Part shown: positions 39,291 through 51,745 of the stretch, in pieces
Layout: each line of letters opens with the position of its first letter
Numbering within the stretch: position 1 is the first letter of the stretch
From: Octopus vulgaris
Taxonomy: Eukaryota
NCBI GenBank assembly: GCA_951406725.2
Contig: OX597817.1
Coordinates: 3,844,001-3,908,000, forward strand
DNA: 64,000 nt
Reading direction: 5' to 3'
Program-made: the position numbers and the translations under genes
The notes under the pieces: generated by a model
Databases searched by the model: none
The model's input: the letters and a program-made list of their open reading frames with translations, nothing else
Told to the model about the DNA's origin: nothing

Positions 39291-40149
39291 GTTATCATTA
39301 TTACTATTTAATTGAACGCCACGCATCCATTTCCAAGTAAGTTTATCTTTACCTTTTCGATAAGAATGTAATCTATACTCTTTTCTTCCTCCATCGTTCT
39401 GTATGACCTTTTATCTCTCCCCTCCTCTTTCATCGTTTTCTATCTGTCTCTCTCTCATCTTTCTCTTTTTGTCTGTTTCATTGCTCGCATGTGATCATCG
39501 TCCATCTTTCTTTTCCGCATGGACTTTCAAAAGACTGGACGTCATTTTCACTCTCTTCTATCGTTTCTCTTTTCAAAGAGAATATTTCTCCCAGCATTCA
39601 CTATTTTCCCCTCGTCCTGGTCTAATGACCCTCCATATTTGTTTTCGTTCTGTTTCCTTGTATGTTTCCACTATCCTTTTTTGTTCCCAACTTTGAGCCT
39701 CCATAAATCCTAAATTTAATTTTAGAATATATGGGAGCAACTGTCTTTGAAGATTCACAATGTCACTGAATGCTCGAAATAAGGAGCAGACAGACAGCCG
39801 ACAAATGATGAAGGATCCTTTCTCTGCGTTTACTCGTTCTGCTTTCTCTTTGTTTCTCTCGCTATTTACGTATTTAACTTGTTTGTTTACGTATTTCATG
39901 TTGTTTGCACAGTTGGTGTCATCCTGTACTCATATATGCCGTTGTTCTCTTTTAGAGAGACTTAGTAATTTTAATGTTTCTATTATATGTTATTTATTAT
40001 TATTATTATATATATAAGTACATATATATATTATTTAATAATATATATATATATATATGCACATTTACATGAATGTGTGAGTGTAAATATGTATGTGAAT
40101 GCGTGTATGCATTTTAAATATTTTGTATGTATTTATGTATCTAGGTATC

Positions 40150-40169
40150 CATTTATCTATCTATCTATA

Positions 40170-40261
<92 letters not shown>
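40150..40261. repeat. (TATC)n array, 5' flank of the Tx1-type LINE
   Basis: Seen directly. Confidence 0.97.
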
Positions 40262-43200
40262 AGGTCGGCCGGATTTCTTTCGACGTCTAGAAGTATTCCT
40301 GGGAACGTCTCGTCCTTTACTTTTAGTGGGAGATTGGAATGCTACCTTGGATACGCATCTAGACTATGTGGGGAGAGACAAAACAGAAGGGGATGCAAAT
40401 GCCTCAGAGACCTGCTCAGACGATTCCAACTGTCTGACAGGTACCGACTCGACCACCCAAATGCACCAACGTGGACATGGAGCAACCGCAGTGGGTTGTC
40501 GAGATCGTATTTAGATAGGATACTGTGTAGGACAGTAGACAAGGATAACTTAGGATGTCCAAAATTCCATACAGTCAGCTACATGGATCACAAATTCGTG
40601 ACGTGTACGCTAGACTTAGATAAGGCAGATAGACAGGGTCCTGGTTACTGGAAACTGAATGCATCATTCCCATACAGACAAGTTTTCAGAGACAGAATCA
40701 ACACGTTAGTAAAAAGGGCTTTAACGGGAGCCATTGTCAACAACAAATGGTGGTTCGCCCTCAAGAGAGCAGTAAAAGCGGAAGCAATAAGATATAGCAA
40801 AGCACTAACCGTAGATAGAAATAGAGTAGAGGGTGAGTTAGTTAAGAAGTTAGAAGAGGCAATAAGAAGCGGCATCACACCCGACGTTTTGGCAGCAAGG
40901 TTGGCCCTTGACCAACACTTCAACGCCAAACACGAAGGGTGTGCTGTAAGGGCTAGGATGCGGGCTCTAAGGATGGAAGGTATTGGAGCCGCGAGGGAGG
41001 CCCGGGTGGCGGAGGCGCAGCAGGGCAACAAAACCACCATTCGGTCTCTGGTAGATGAACAAGGGCGCGAATTGCTCGAGCCCAGCAAGATGTGCGAGAC
41101 ATTTCAGCGGCACTTTGCCCGACTCTACGGGACGAGTGGTGAGCGTGAACGCAGGGTGGACTTCAGTGCCTACCTGCACAGCCTACCACGACTCTCGGCA
41201 AGAGAGACAGAGTGCTGCGAAGGTGCCATCACGGCGGCGGATGTGCAGGACGCGATGGCAGAATGCTCGAGAGACAAATCGCCGGGTTTGGATGGTCTGC
41301 CCTACGAGTTTTACAATTGTATGCCAGACTTGTTTGGAGACGTCTTGGCAGCGGTATACTGCAACTGGCAGCAAAACGGGAGCATACCCGGTTTTGTGAG
41401 TCGAGGAGCTGTAACACTACTGAAGAAAGATCCAAACAAGGGGAACATTATAAATAATTTTAGACCAATCACTCTGCTCAATGCAGACCTGAAAATTTTG
41501 ACAAAGGTGTTAGCCAAGAGGTTGGCGCTTGTCATCGAGAAACTGGTCGACAACGCACAAACGTGCGCCGTGCCGGGCCGGAGTATCCATGACAACCTCC
41601 ATCTGATGCCCTACATCATAGACAGGGTAGTTAACGAACCTTGCATGGGTGGGGCCCTGATCAACTTGGATCAATCGAAAGCCTTCGATAGGGTAGACCA
41701 TCGATACTTGGAGGCAGTCCTGAGAGCGGCTGGTTTCGGTCCCGTTTCCGCGGCTGGATAGCTGCCTTGTACAGAGGCATCCGTTCGGTAATTCGCGTAA
41801 ATGGACATCTATCGAGACCCTTCGACATTGCACGTTCGGTTCGTCAGGGATGCCCCCTCTCGGCGCTTCTATACGTATTGACTCTTGAGCCACTACTGCG
41901 GAAGCTGGCGACTCTGAGGGGCATCCCGCGAGAATTGGGATGCGGGACGAGCGTATCTGCATACGCGGACGACGTCACCATCATAATGTCAAGCCACGAG
42001 CACATCAAGCGGGTCGGCGAGACACTGAAAGACTACGAATCGGTGACAGGAGCAAAAATCAACCGGGAAAAGTCAGTGGGCTTGCGGCTCGGCACCTGGA
42101 GAAGTAAGCCCATGCCGTCCACCAGTACCTCCGTCGTGGGACGCTGGACAGACGGCCCGGTTGAGTTGCTCGGGGTCTGGTTCGGTCCAGACCTCCAAAT
42201 GGAGAAGAACTGGAACGAGATAACGAGTAGGGTGGTCACTCTCGCCCAGCAATGGGCCGAGAGGAAACTGTCCCTAAAAGGTCGGGCGGAGGTGGCGAAC
42301 GCGTACATCGCGTCCATCATCTACTACCGCCTGACCGTCGTACATTGTCCCGACCCTACCATCACCAAACTAGAACGCATCCTCCTCCGCTTCTTGTGGA
42401 AAGGATGCGTCCCGATGGTCAGGCGATCCATTTGCTGTCAACACCCGTTAAAAGGAGGGCTGGGCATGCCGTGGTTGATGATGCGCAGACACGCGCTGAG
42501 ACTGCGACATTTCCGGCTCTATGTAGACGACGGTAAACAGGTGTGGTCGCCGTTTGTGAGGCACGCATTCCCGCAACTCGTCTCCATGACCGAACTACAG
42601 TCGTGGATCAAAAAGAGGCCGAGGAAGGGCGAATGGCACCGCGAGTGTCACGTTGCTCTCAAGCAACTCTGCCGTCCCGGGTCGACCTTGAGTGACTTCA
42701 ACACAACCAAAGCATTATATAGGGGATTAGTGGAGGGCAGGTACGACGACGATCTCGGGGCAAACCTGGGCGTCGACGAGGAATACCTGACCCGCCTGTT
42801 TCAAACGACTTTCTGCCCGGGACCTATGGACAACTTCCAGAGATCCCTGGCCTGGCGGTGCTACCGAAAAGCGCTACCCGTTCGGGATAAGCTCTATAGG
42901 CATGGCTCGAGAAACACGGGGCCGACCTGCCCGAGATGCGGGCAGAGCGACGAAACCGCTCTGCACGCAATCGTGCAGTGTCCAGCAATTTCCGACCTGT
43001 GGGCTTATGTCAAACGACTGTTGTCACGTGTGGGACGTGTCGGTTTATCAACCGAGTCTATCGTTAATATCGTCACGCCTCTTTCCTTCAAACGGGAAGG
43101 AAGAGCTATTTTTATCATACTTGTGGCTATGGCGAAAGAATGTATCTGGTGGACGCGCCTGAAAGGATTAGAGACAAACACTTTCCTCTCTGGTCAATCT

Positions 43201-43347
43201 CTCATCAACTTCTTCAAGTATCACTTGAAGAGGAAAGTGAGAGTAGAGAGGAAAATTTTGTCTAGTGAATGTTTTAAAAAAAGATGGGTGAATGTAGCAA
43301 GGATGGCACGTATGAATGACGAAGCCACCTTGAATATGATTCTATGA
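40262..43347 (+). pseudogene. Tx1-type ORF2 (partial APE, RT, zinc knuckle) with frameshifts near 40380 and 41745
   Basis: KSPGLDGLPYEFY, NFRPITLLNADLKI, LDQSKAFDRV, VRQGCPLS, YADD and CPRCGQSDETALHAIVQC. Confidence 0.9.
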
Positions 43348-43740
43348 ACCGTAAAAATTGATACAGAGAGTTGCTTATTTGCAAAAAAAAAGTAAAAAAA
43401 GAAATATAACATGTGACTTCATTGACCGAGGTTACCGTGGTCTTTTCCGTAGGCTTTTCTTTCCACGGGTAAACCTCACCTGTCCTCCCCTTTACACTTC
43501 ATATTGACATTTCTGTGATTACGATCCCTATTGATCAACTTTTTTTCCTCTCCCCTTTCCTTTTTTTTTTCCCCTCTCCCCCCTTTTTCAAAAAAATCTT
43601 CCCCTTTTTTTGTTCGCTTTCTTTCCTTTTACGATCCCTTTTGATCGAAAACCAACCCACTTTTTTTTTACCCCCAAAAGAAAAGCTCTACCTTGTAATT
43701 TGTTCTGCCTGTGTGCAGCCCTGTGTGGCTAATAAAGAAA
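40262..43740 (+). mobile_element. 5'-truncated L1/Tx1-clade LINE inserted in (TATC)n
   Basis: Partial APE (LVGDWNATLD, SYLDRI), GPGYWKLN linker, RT, CCHC knuckle, and a pyrimidine-rich 3' UTR with AATAAA at 43731. Confidence 0.9.
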
Positions 43741-43741
43741 C

Positions 43742-43752
43742 ATATCTATCTT

Positions 43753-43805
<53 letters not shown>

Positions 43806-43806
43806 A

Positions 43807-43864
<58 letters not shown>

Positions 43865-43869
43865 CCTAC

Positions 43870-43912
<43 letters not shown>

Positions 43913-43930
43913 ACTATCTAGCTCTCTATC
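43742..43930. repeat. (TATC)n array, 3' flank of the Tx1-type LINE
   Basis: Seen directly. Confidence 0.97.
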
Positions 43931-46446
43931 TAGCTCTAACATTTCCAGTTACCCTTATCCTAAAATCTACTCTATAGTGCTTTTGCATAAACCCTCAACT
44001 GCATAGTACTAACATATTACTAAACCAATGCAATTATTATAACTGCATTTGAAACCAGTTCATGTCTATTAAGTCAAATAACTGGTACTTTTCCTTTATA
44101 TCGCATAGGATCGACAAAATAGCTTCTTTCCCGCCTGTTTGTCATAGTTTATTTACAGATACAGTTTCCAATAAATAAAACATAAGATTTAAACATATTT
44201 TACGTTGAAAATGCTTTCATACTTGTTGGGCACACAATTACTTGTCAGCATAGTACATTTATAGATATCTAAGTGCTTCCTGGAATCTCTTAAGCTTTCA
44301 TTGGTAACAATGTGTCAAACAACAACCCTTTCGGAAAGATTTATAACAACACCTAGAAACATTGGGAAAATTGACACTTTAGCTAATAGGATTAAATAAG
44401 TATTGCAGCATAAACAGAATTTACATACCATTAATTAAATTGGCTTAATATTTCCTCAACATTAACTAAATTATCTTCAACTACTTTTCAATATATGTCT
44501 GAATAAATATTCATACACACACACACGCATACACACATGCATGTAAATGGATACACATCTCGCTCAATTTATACGCATATAATACTACACACATGTAGAT
44601 AAAACATACATAAGTACATAAGTCACTTAATTTACTGGTGTATACAATTATACTCAGAAGTGCAAGTAAACAAAGAAACAAAGACTTACATTTACACGTT
44701 AACTTGTGTCTGTTTATTGGAAGGATGGGCAGAATACTGAATGCATTAAGTCCTTATTCGTTCAATGGAAACATATTTCACTCGATCGATTTGCTGAATT
44801 GTATGTTTCATGATGTTCAGGTAACTGAAGAACCAACTACAAAATACGCAGTTAAGTGAACACACACACACACACACATACACACACACACGCACACAAA
44901 CACACTCACACACTCATACATTCGCACAGAAGCAGAATAAACATAAATTTGTCTCATGTAAAATACACAGGGTGTCAGTAATTAAGTCTAAGAATGCGTA
45001 CCGCTAAGCACGTGACATAGTTTTGTTCGGCATTGTGTATTCCCCTCTGGCAAATAAATTTAAGCAGTTGCTGTACTTGGTCACTCAACTGCGAGGAATG
45101 ACAACCGAACATCTCTAAAACTACGTCCTCACAATGGCGTATCAGATAACAAATAACGAAGACGACAGAGTTAACAAAACTGGAATTACAATTCATTATG
45201 GATCAGTTTTATCAAGGAAGATATGGGGGTTAAGCACAACAAAAACAAAACAATAGCAAATACAACAGCGAAATGATTATTTATAAAGGACTCTTTTGGA
45301 GGCCGTTATAGTCTTAGTTGCCAATATACAAACCTTATTTGCCTGTGTATGAGACCCAACCCTATTTTGCCTGACTATTTTGTAGAAAAAAATCTTTGTA
45401 CATAAATTTATTGAAAATTATCTTGAAGTGGTTTCGCAGAGAGTAATCTTAACTTAAGTGCATGTAAACACAATATTGTGACGGTATACTGGAATATAGT
45501 ATGAGATCATGTACTACGACTCTACACTAATCATGAAAAGAATGTAAATTAAATTTGGCATAGGAAAAACGTAATATTGCGTTGGCAGCTAAGTTCCCGC
45601 CGTTTTTTTATAAATTTAGGAATTTATTTCGTTTTTAAATTTTGGAATCTATTTTTTTCGAGAATTCTATTTTTGAATCATTTTGGAATCTTTTTTTTTT
45701 CTAGTTAATTTTATTTAATTTTTGTTTATTTTCAGGTCATTAAAATGGAATGTCAAGTTAAGAAAAACAAGCATTTTCGACACCTCCTTCTTTTTGCATT
45801 TAATCACGCTACATTTGTGCTGTGTATAAAGAGGGTACCATAGCTGAAAGAACCGCTCGTGGGTGGTATGCCCAGTTAAAAAATGGAAATTTTGACCTCA
45901 AAGACGCAACGGGTTCTGGCCGTCCAGTTGAGTTCGATGAAGAGCGATTAAACCAACTTTTGCACGAAAATTCTCATCAAATGACAAGTGTACTGACAGA
46001 GAAAATGGGATGCTCCCACGCTGTTTCAGAGAAGCATCTTCATTCGATTGGAAAGGTTCAGAGGTGTGGAGTATAGGTTCCTCATACTTTAAGGGACAAA
46101 TCAAAAATCAGCGAGCCACAATCTCCGCTGGTTTGCTTGCTCGTCACCGCTCAACTCATGGACACAAGCAACGATTTCTTTACCGAATCGTTACTGGCGA
46201 AGAAAAATGGCGCCTGTACATCAATATGAAGCAGCGTAAGGAATGGCTTAGCTCCAATAAACAAGCGACTCCGCGCATGAAACAAAATCTCCACACGGGT
46301 AAAACGATGTTGTAGGTATGGTGGGACTGGAAAGGGATTATCCATTATGAATTGCTTTAACGGAACGAAACGTTTAAGGCGGAACTCTATACATTATTTA
46401 AATTATTTACAATTAACGGATATTTGTCCTCATCTTGTTTGTTGTT

Positions 46447-46492
46447 AACACAACGCTTCGGCTGATATACCCTCCAGCCTTCATCAGGTGTC
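46447..46492 (-). ncRNA. Minimal type I hammerhead ribozyme (left arm)
   Basis: GACAC-CTGATGA-A-GGCTG..CAGCC-GAAG-CGTT-GTGTT; GAAA is mutated to GAAG in this copy. Confidence 0.65.
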
Positions 46493-46550
46493 TTGTGGAA
46501 ATTTCGAACCTGGTTTCCAATTCCCAAGGTATTTTCCGATGTTGTTGTTG

Positions 46551-46662
<112 letters not shown>

Positions 46663-46667
46663 TATCC

Positions 46668-46774
<107 letters not shown>

Positions 46775-46850
46775 CAGGTTACTGCCTGGAATAGAACTCG
46801 GAATCTTGGGGTTAGTAGCCCGCGCTCTTAACCACTGCGCCATATACCTG
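46775..46850 (-). promoter_or_regulatory. tRNA-derived SINE head (Pol III A and B boxes)
   Basis: A-box TGGCGCAGTGG (46832-46842), B-box-like GAGTTCTATTCC (46788-46799), and anticodon-arm-like GGG-CTACTAA-CCC. Confidence 0.75.
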
Positions 46851-46858
46851 TGGACATG

Positions 46859-46934
<76 letters not shown>

Positions 46935-46998
46935 CAACAACAATAACAACATCGAAAAATACCCTAGGAATGAGAACCCTGATTCGAAATTTCCTCAA

Positions 46999-47044
46999 GA
47001 CACTTGATGATGGCTGGAGGGTATATCAGTCGAAACATTGTGTT
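46999..47044 (+). ncRNA. Minimal type I hammerhead ribozyme (right arm)
   Basis: GACAC-TTGATGA-T-GGCTG..CAGTC-GAAA-CATT-GTGTT; the consensus of both arms gives an intact core. Confidence 0.6.
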
Positions 47045-47393
47045 AATAACAAACAAGATGAGAACAAATATCCGTCAATTGTAAATAATGTAAATAATGC
47101 ATATAATTCTTCTTATCATAAATATAGAACTGCGGAATTCTATGTTCAACAGATGGAACGACTCAACACAGCTATTCAAGAGGAAATACTTAATCAGCAG
47201 CATGGAGTTCTTCTATTGCACGACAACGCCCACCCTCATATCGCCAATATGACCAAGGAAGCAATTCAAATGCATGTCTGGGAAGTGCTGCATTTGAGTC
47301 AAGGTGATTTTCAGGTATATTAATAAAAAATGTTTTATACTGCAGCAAATATGATATACGTATATATAGATGTAAATTATATATATATACACC

Positions 47394-47440
<47 letters not shown>

Positions 47441-47594
47441 ATATATGTCTGTGTTTGCTTTCAAGTGCTGTGTTTTTGTGATCCCCTTTTAGTATATATA
47501 TATGTATATATATGTTGGTGAGGCAATTCGTATATATATATGTATATATAATGGGGCTTTTATATATATTGTGTATATATATTCCAAATTATTA

Positions 47595-47694
<100 letters not shown>

Positions 47695-47726
47695 TTTATT
47701 TAAAGCAGAAGAAAATTCAACAAAAC

Positions 47727-47764
47727 CTGTTACTCTGAGTTTCACGTTCCCGTTCGTCGGACAG
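47727..47764 (-). ncRNA. Type I hammerhead ribozyme (CCGACGA core variant)
   Basis: CTGT-CCGACGA-ACG GGAA CGT-GAAA-CTCAGAG-TA-ACAG. Confidence 0.65.
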
Positions 47765-47787
47765 TTTTTGCTAGATTCTAGCAAAAG

Positions 47788-47825
47788 CTGTCCGACGAAC
47801 GAGAACGTGAAACTCAGAGTAACAG
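47788..47825 (+). ncRNA. Type I hammerhead ribozyme (CCGACGA core variant)
   Basis: CTGT-CCGACGA-ACG AGAA CGT-GAAA-CTCAGAG-TA-ACAG; stem III is ACTC-A-GAGT. Confidence 0.65.
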
Positions 47826-47926
47826 GTTTTGTTGAATTTTCTGCTGCTTTAAATAAAGCATATTACTATACCACTGGTATTTGAGTACTCTTTTTTCACC
47901 TTGTTTCACATTTATGTGTTTACTCC

Positions 47927-47957
<31 letters not shown>

Positions 47958-47969
<12 letters not shown>

Positions 47970-48335
47970 TTAGAGACAAAACCACTATTTTGCAAATCAA
48001 ACAAAGAAAGACTTGATCCAATACATAAAAAAATTTAATATAAATTAAATAAAATTAAATTCGCCACTACAATAACTTAAAATTGAATAGAAGATCTGAG
48101 ATCCACCTGATGAATGTCCTTAGAAGAGACACGAAACAATTGTAGTGGCGAATTTAATTTTATTTAATTTATATTAAATTTTTTTATGTATTGGATTAAG
48201 TCTTTCTTTGTTTGATTTGCAAAATAGTGGTTTTGTCTCTAATTAATATTATATAATATTTTGCTATAAAATTGGATTCAATCCTAAATCTGATTTTTCC
48301 CTGTAAATTTGGATTTATTCCCTAATATTTATTAT
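47958..48335. mobile_element. Inverted-repeat element (arms about 47958-48073 and 48139-48254) with a central hammerhead and a 3' tail
   Basis: The arms are near-identical reverse complements; the element is flanked by (TA)n. Confidence 0.85.
48103..48148 (+). ncRNA. Type I hammerhead ribozyme with a canonical core
   Basis: Stem I CCAC/GTGG; CTGATGA; stem II TGTC/GACA; GAAA; palindromic stem III ACAATTGT; GUA cleavage after 48144. Confidence 0.85.
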
Positions 48336-48339
48336 TATT

Positions 48340-48375
<36 letters not shown>

Positions 48376-48746
48376 CATATATACATACATATACATACAT
48401 ATACATATATATACATATGTATTTATATATATATGTATGTACATGTACATGTATATGTACGTGTATATATGCATATGTATGTACGTATTTATATATATAT
48501 ATATTGTAGCAAAGAGATGACGCGGGGAAAATGTTATATAATGAACTTTATTAGCTTACAGCTGTTTCTCTGTTTCTGCTGTAACATATCGGGGGCTGTT
48601 AGATGAGTCCCTGGGTAACATCGTATAGCTTCATTAGGGCATTGAATATGAAGAGCACTTAATTTAGGAAAATGTCATGCTCGAACATACAGCATACAGG
48701 TGTTTGGAGTGAGAAGGTTAATGTATACATACATACCTACATATAT

Positions 48747-48821
<75 letters not shown>

Positions 48822-48849
48822 CATACATATATATATATCTATATAAGTA

Positions 48850-49900
48850 AAAGACTTCAAAAAATTACTAACAAAGCCAAAATTTGACCTTAGCAAGAAA
48901 GACCAAACATTCACTGTATCTAAATGCAATGATAGCCGATGTGGCACATGCCAATTCATACATACCGGTCAATATATAAACACAAAAACCGGGAAAATAT
49001 TCACATACGCGAATATGAACTGCAAAAGCAGAAATTTACTGCATCAAATGCCCAAATTGTGAAGAAATATATGTAGGTCAGACGGGAAATGCACTATCGG
49101 AACGCTCACGTGTACACCGACAACAGATTAGAGACCCAGAGGTCCGTCAGATACCTTTGAGTAACCACCTAGCAAGATGTGGTCGGAAAAAATATATAAT
49201 ATTTCCATTCTACAAATTACACAGCCCAAGTGAAATCGTGAGGAAAATCAGAGAAAATAATTTCATTGATAAATTCGAACCCAAGCTAAATAAGCAATAA
49301 TAATAATAATACTTAGAGGTACTAATTCTACTGCTACGACCATGACCACTAACAACAACAACAATACTAAAGGTGATCAAGATGAAGATAGCAGGAAAAT
49401 TATCTTATTTAGGGTTAAAAGTTCTATTGCCACCACCATCACCACTAGCAACAATAATTAAGGTGCTGACAATGATGATGATGACAATTGAAATATAAAA
49501 ATCCCTGACAAAGGCTATTTATAACATCTCTAAAAATAGCCCAACAATTGCTGCCTTGGCCAGGGTTAAGATACAGGACTCTTGACATGTTCAACAAAGC
49601 GTGACGCCTAAACAAACCAATCAACTTAAGTAATTGAGTGATGCTACACACTGATTGGTCAGAATACAGTTTGCAAAACCTAGCAATCTGGAGCCTACAC
49701 AGGTGTATTTAAGGCACAGATTTAACCATCTCGCTACAGTCAAAAATTGTGAAGCATGACTGTCACCACTACTACATGAACCTGAAGATTGAAAAATTTA
49801 ATGCATGAAAGTACTAGTTCAATCAGAATGAACATTTAACATTCTATTATTTTATTTTATTTTATTATATTATATTATCTTATATTATATCATTATAAGA
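48850..49900 (+). mobile_element. 3' fragment of a Neptune-like PLE: Zn-finger, GIY-YIG endonuclease and 3' UTR
   Basis: KCNDSRCGTCQFI, NMNCKSRNL, CIKCPNCEEIYVGQTGNALSERSRVHRQQI and RENNFIDKFEPKLNKQ* (stop at 49298-49300); frameshifted. Confidence 0.88.
49777..49821 (+). ncRNA. Hammerhead ribozyme in the PLE 3' region (stem II degraded)
   Basis: Stem I TGAAC/GTTCA; CTGAAGA; GAAA; palindromic stem III AGTACT; CUA triplet. Confidence 0.7.
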
Positions 49901-50289
49901 TTGTAAATAAAATGTGAAAATCAGACAAGGTTGGAATTCCCTTTTATTAATATATATATATATATATATATATGTATATGTTATTTGCAGGAAACAATTG
50001 AATCAATGTATTTTAATAGTAAGTACACCAATAAACAATCTACATTCTGGAACAGCATATTGACATACGTATATATTTATATACATATATGTGTGTGTAT
50101 ATATATATATATATATACATACATACATAGATATGGAGACTCACGCATATATTAATCTATATTAATCTATGTACTTGTCCTACTATTAACGTAGGCTTAT
50201 ACATGAACAGATCGATATTCTCATTAATATGAAAATATACAGACATAACAAAAGTAAATAGACACATTTATAATCGTTAAGATTTATTT

Positions 50290-51400
50290 AAATCTGAAAT
50301 TATACATTCAAATTATTTATTTATTACTGCAATATGAATATCTAATATTTAGTAGACATTTGCTTTGTAATTTTCAATACCAATACTTTTTTAAGCAAGC
50401 TACTGATCAGAATACAAATATTCGCTTGAGAAATTTCTTGCCAAGTTTCTCAAAATGTCTGGCGTTGAGGACGCTTTCTTGTTCTTTTTACGAAGTACCC
50501 TGTCTATTATGTCCCAGATGTCTTCAATAAGATTCATATGTGGTGACTGGCTTGGCCATGGAAGCTTTTTAATGCCATTCTCTTTCAACCAATCGTGGGT
50601 CTTTTCAGCCGTGTGACAAGGAGTCCCATCTTCCATAATAAAGAATCGTCTTTAAAATCACCAGAGATGATTGGTAGCTATCTTTTCTTAAATATGGACG
50701 AATTTATGTTTCCCTCACACTCGACCAGCTTTAATCAACCATTGCTCCTAATTGCTCCTCAGATCATCATAAATAGCCACCATATTTCATCGTTGGCTGC
50801 AATCTTTTCACGTCAAATTCTTTATCACCGTATCTCCAGACTCACGCTAGAACACTGTCTGAAAATACAGCAGATCTGTACTCATGAGACAATACCAGAA
50901 TGTCCCAAAATGCGAGTGGCATTTCAGTTTTAGTGGCCCAATCCTTTTCCCGCTTCACATTGTCTGATCGAAGAAGTGGATCTTTCTTGCTGCTCTGCTA
51001 TAGTAGTCAAGTTTGTGGAGACACCTGACATCTGTTCTTGTTCTTACATCAACTTGTTCTGCTATGTCAGAAACCTTGCAACGAGGATTATCCTCCACAC
51101 TTCTCTTAACAAATTGAAGGGTCCTGTCAGATGGCCCTCATCGACCTGGGTGAGGCGATATGGACCCTTTACCCGCTCTGGTGAATTGCGTAATAAATCT
51201 ATTAACCATAGAAAGTGGGATCCCAACGCTGTTGGCGAGTTTACGCTAAGTCCACCTTCCAATTGACCCACAATAGGCCTCTTTGATATTCGGGTAGAGC
51301 AGTTCCAAGGCTTCTTTTGTACGTGGCATGATTGAACAGTCACATATAGAACCTGAAATATAAAAATATCAATTAATAAGAAGTATTAACCATTTCCAGT
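50290..51400 (-). mobile_element. Decayed Tc1-like transposase relic
   Basis: MEDGTPCHTA..WLKENGIKKLPWPSQSPHMNLIEDIW corresponds to the Tc1 D..WPSQSPDLNPIE catalytic region. Boundaries are approximate. Confidence 0.8.
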
Positions 51401-51429
51401 TAAAATAAACATAGAATTATGTTTCATGG

Positions 51430-51745
<316 letters not shown>

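Noticed and set aside
34782-43412. Antisense and alternate-frame ORFs overlapping the LINEs
   Set aside because: They are shadow ORFs of GC-richer coding sequence.
46775-46850. Genuine tRNA gene (ACT anticodon-like loop)
   Set aside because: The acceptor and T stems pair poorly, and the sequence is embedded in a TSD-bounded repeat; I treat it as a SINE head.
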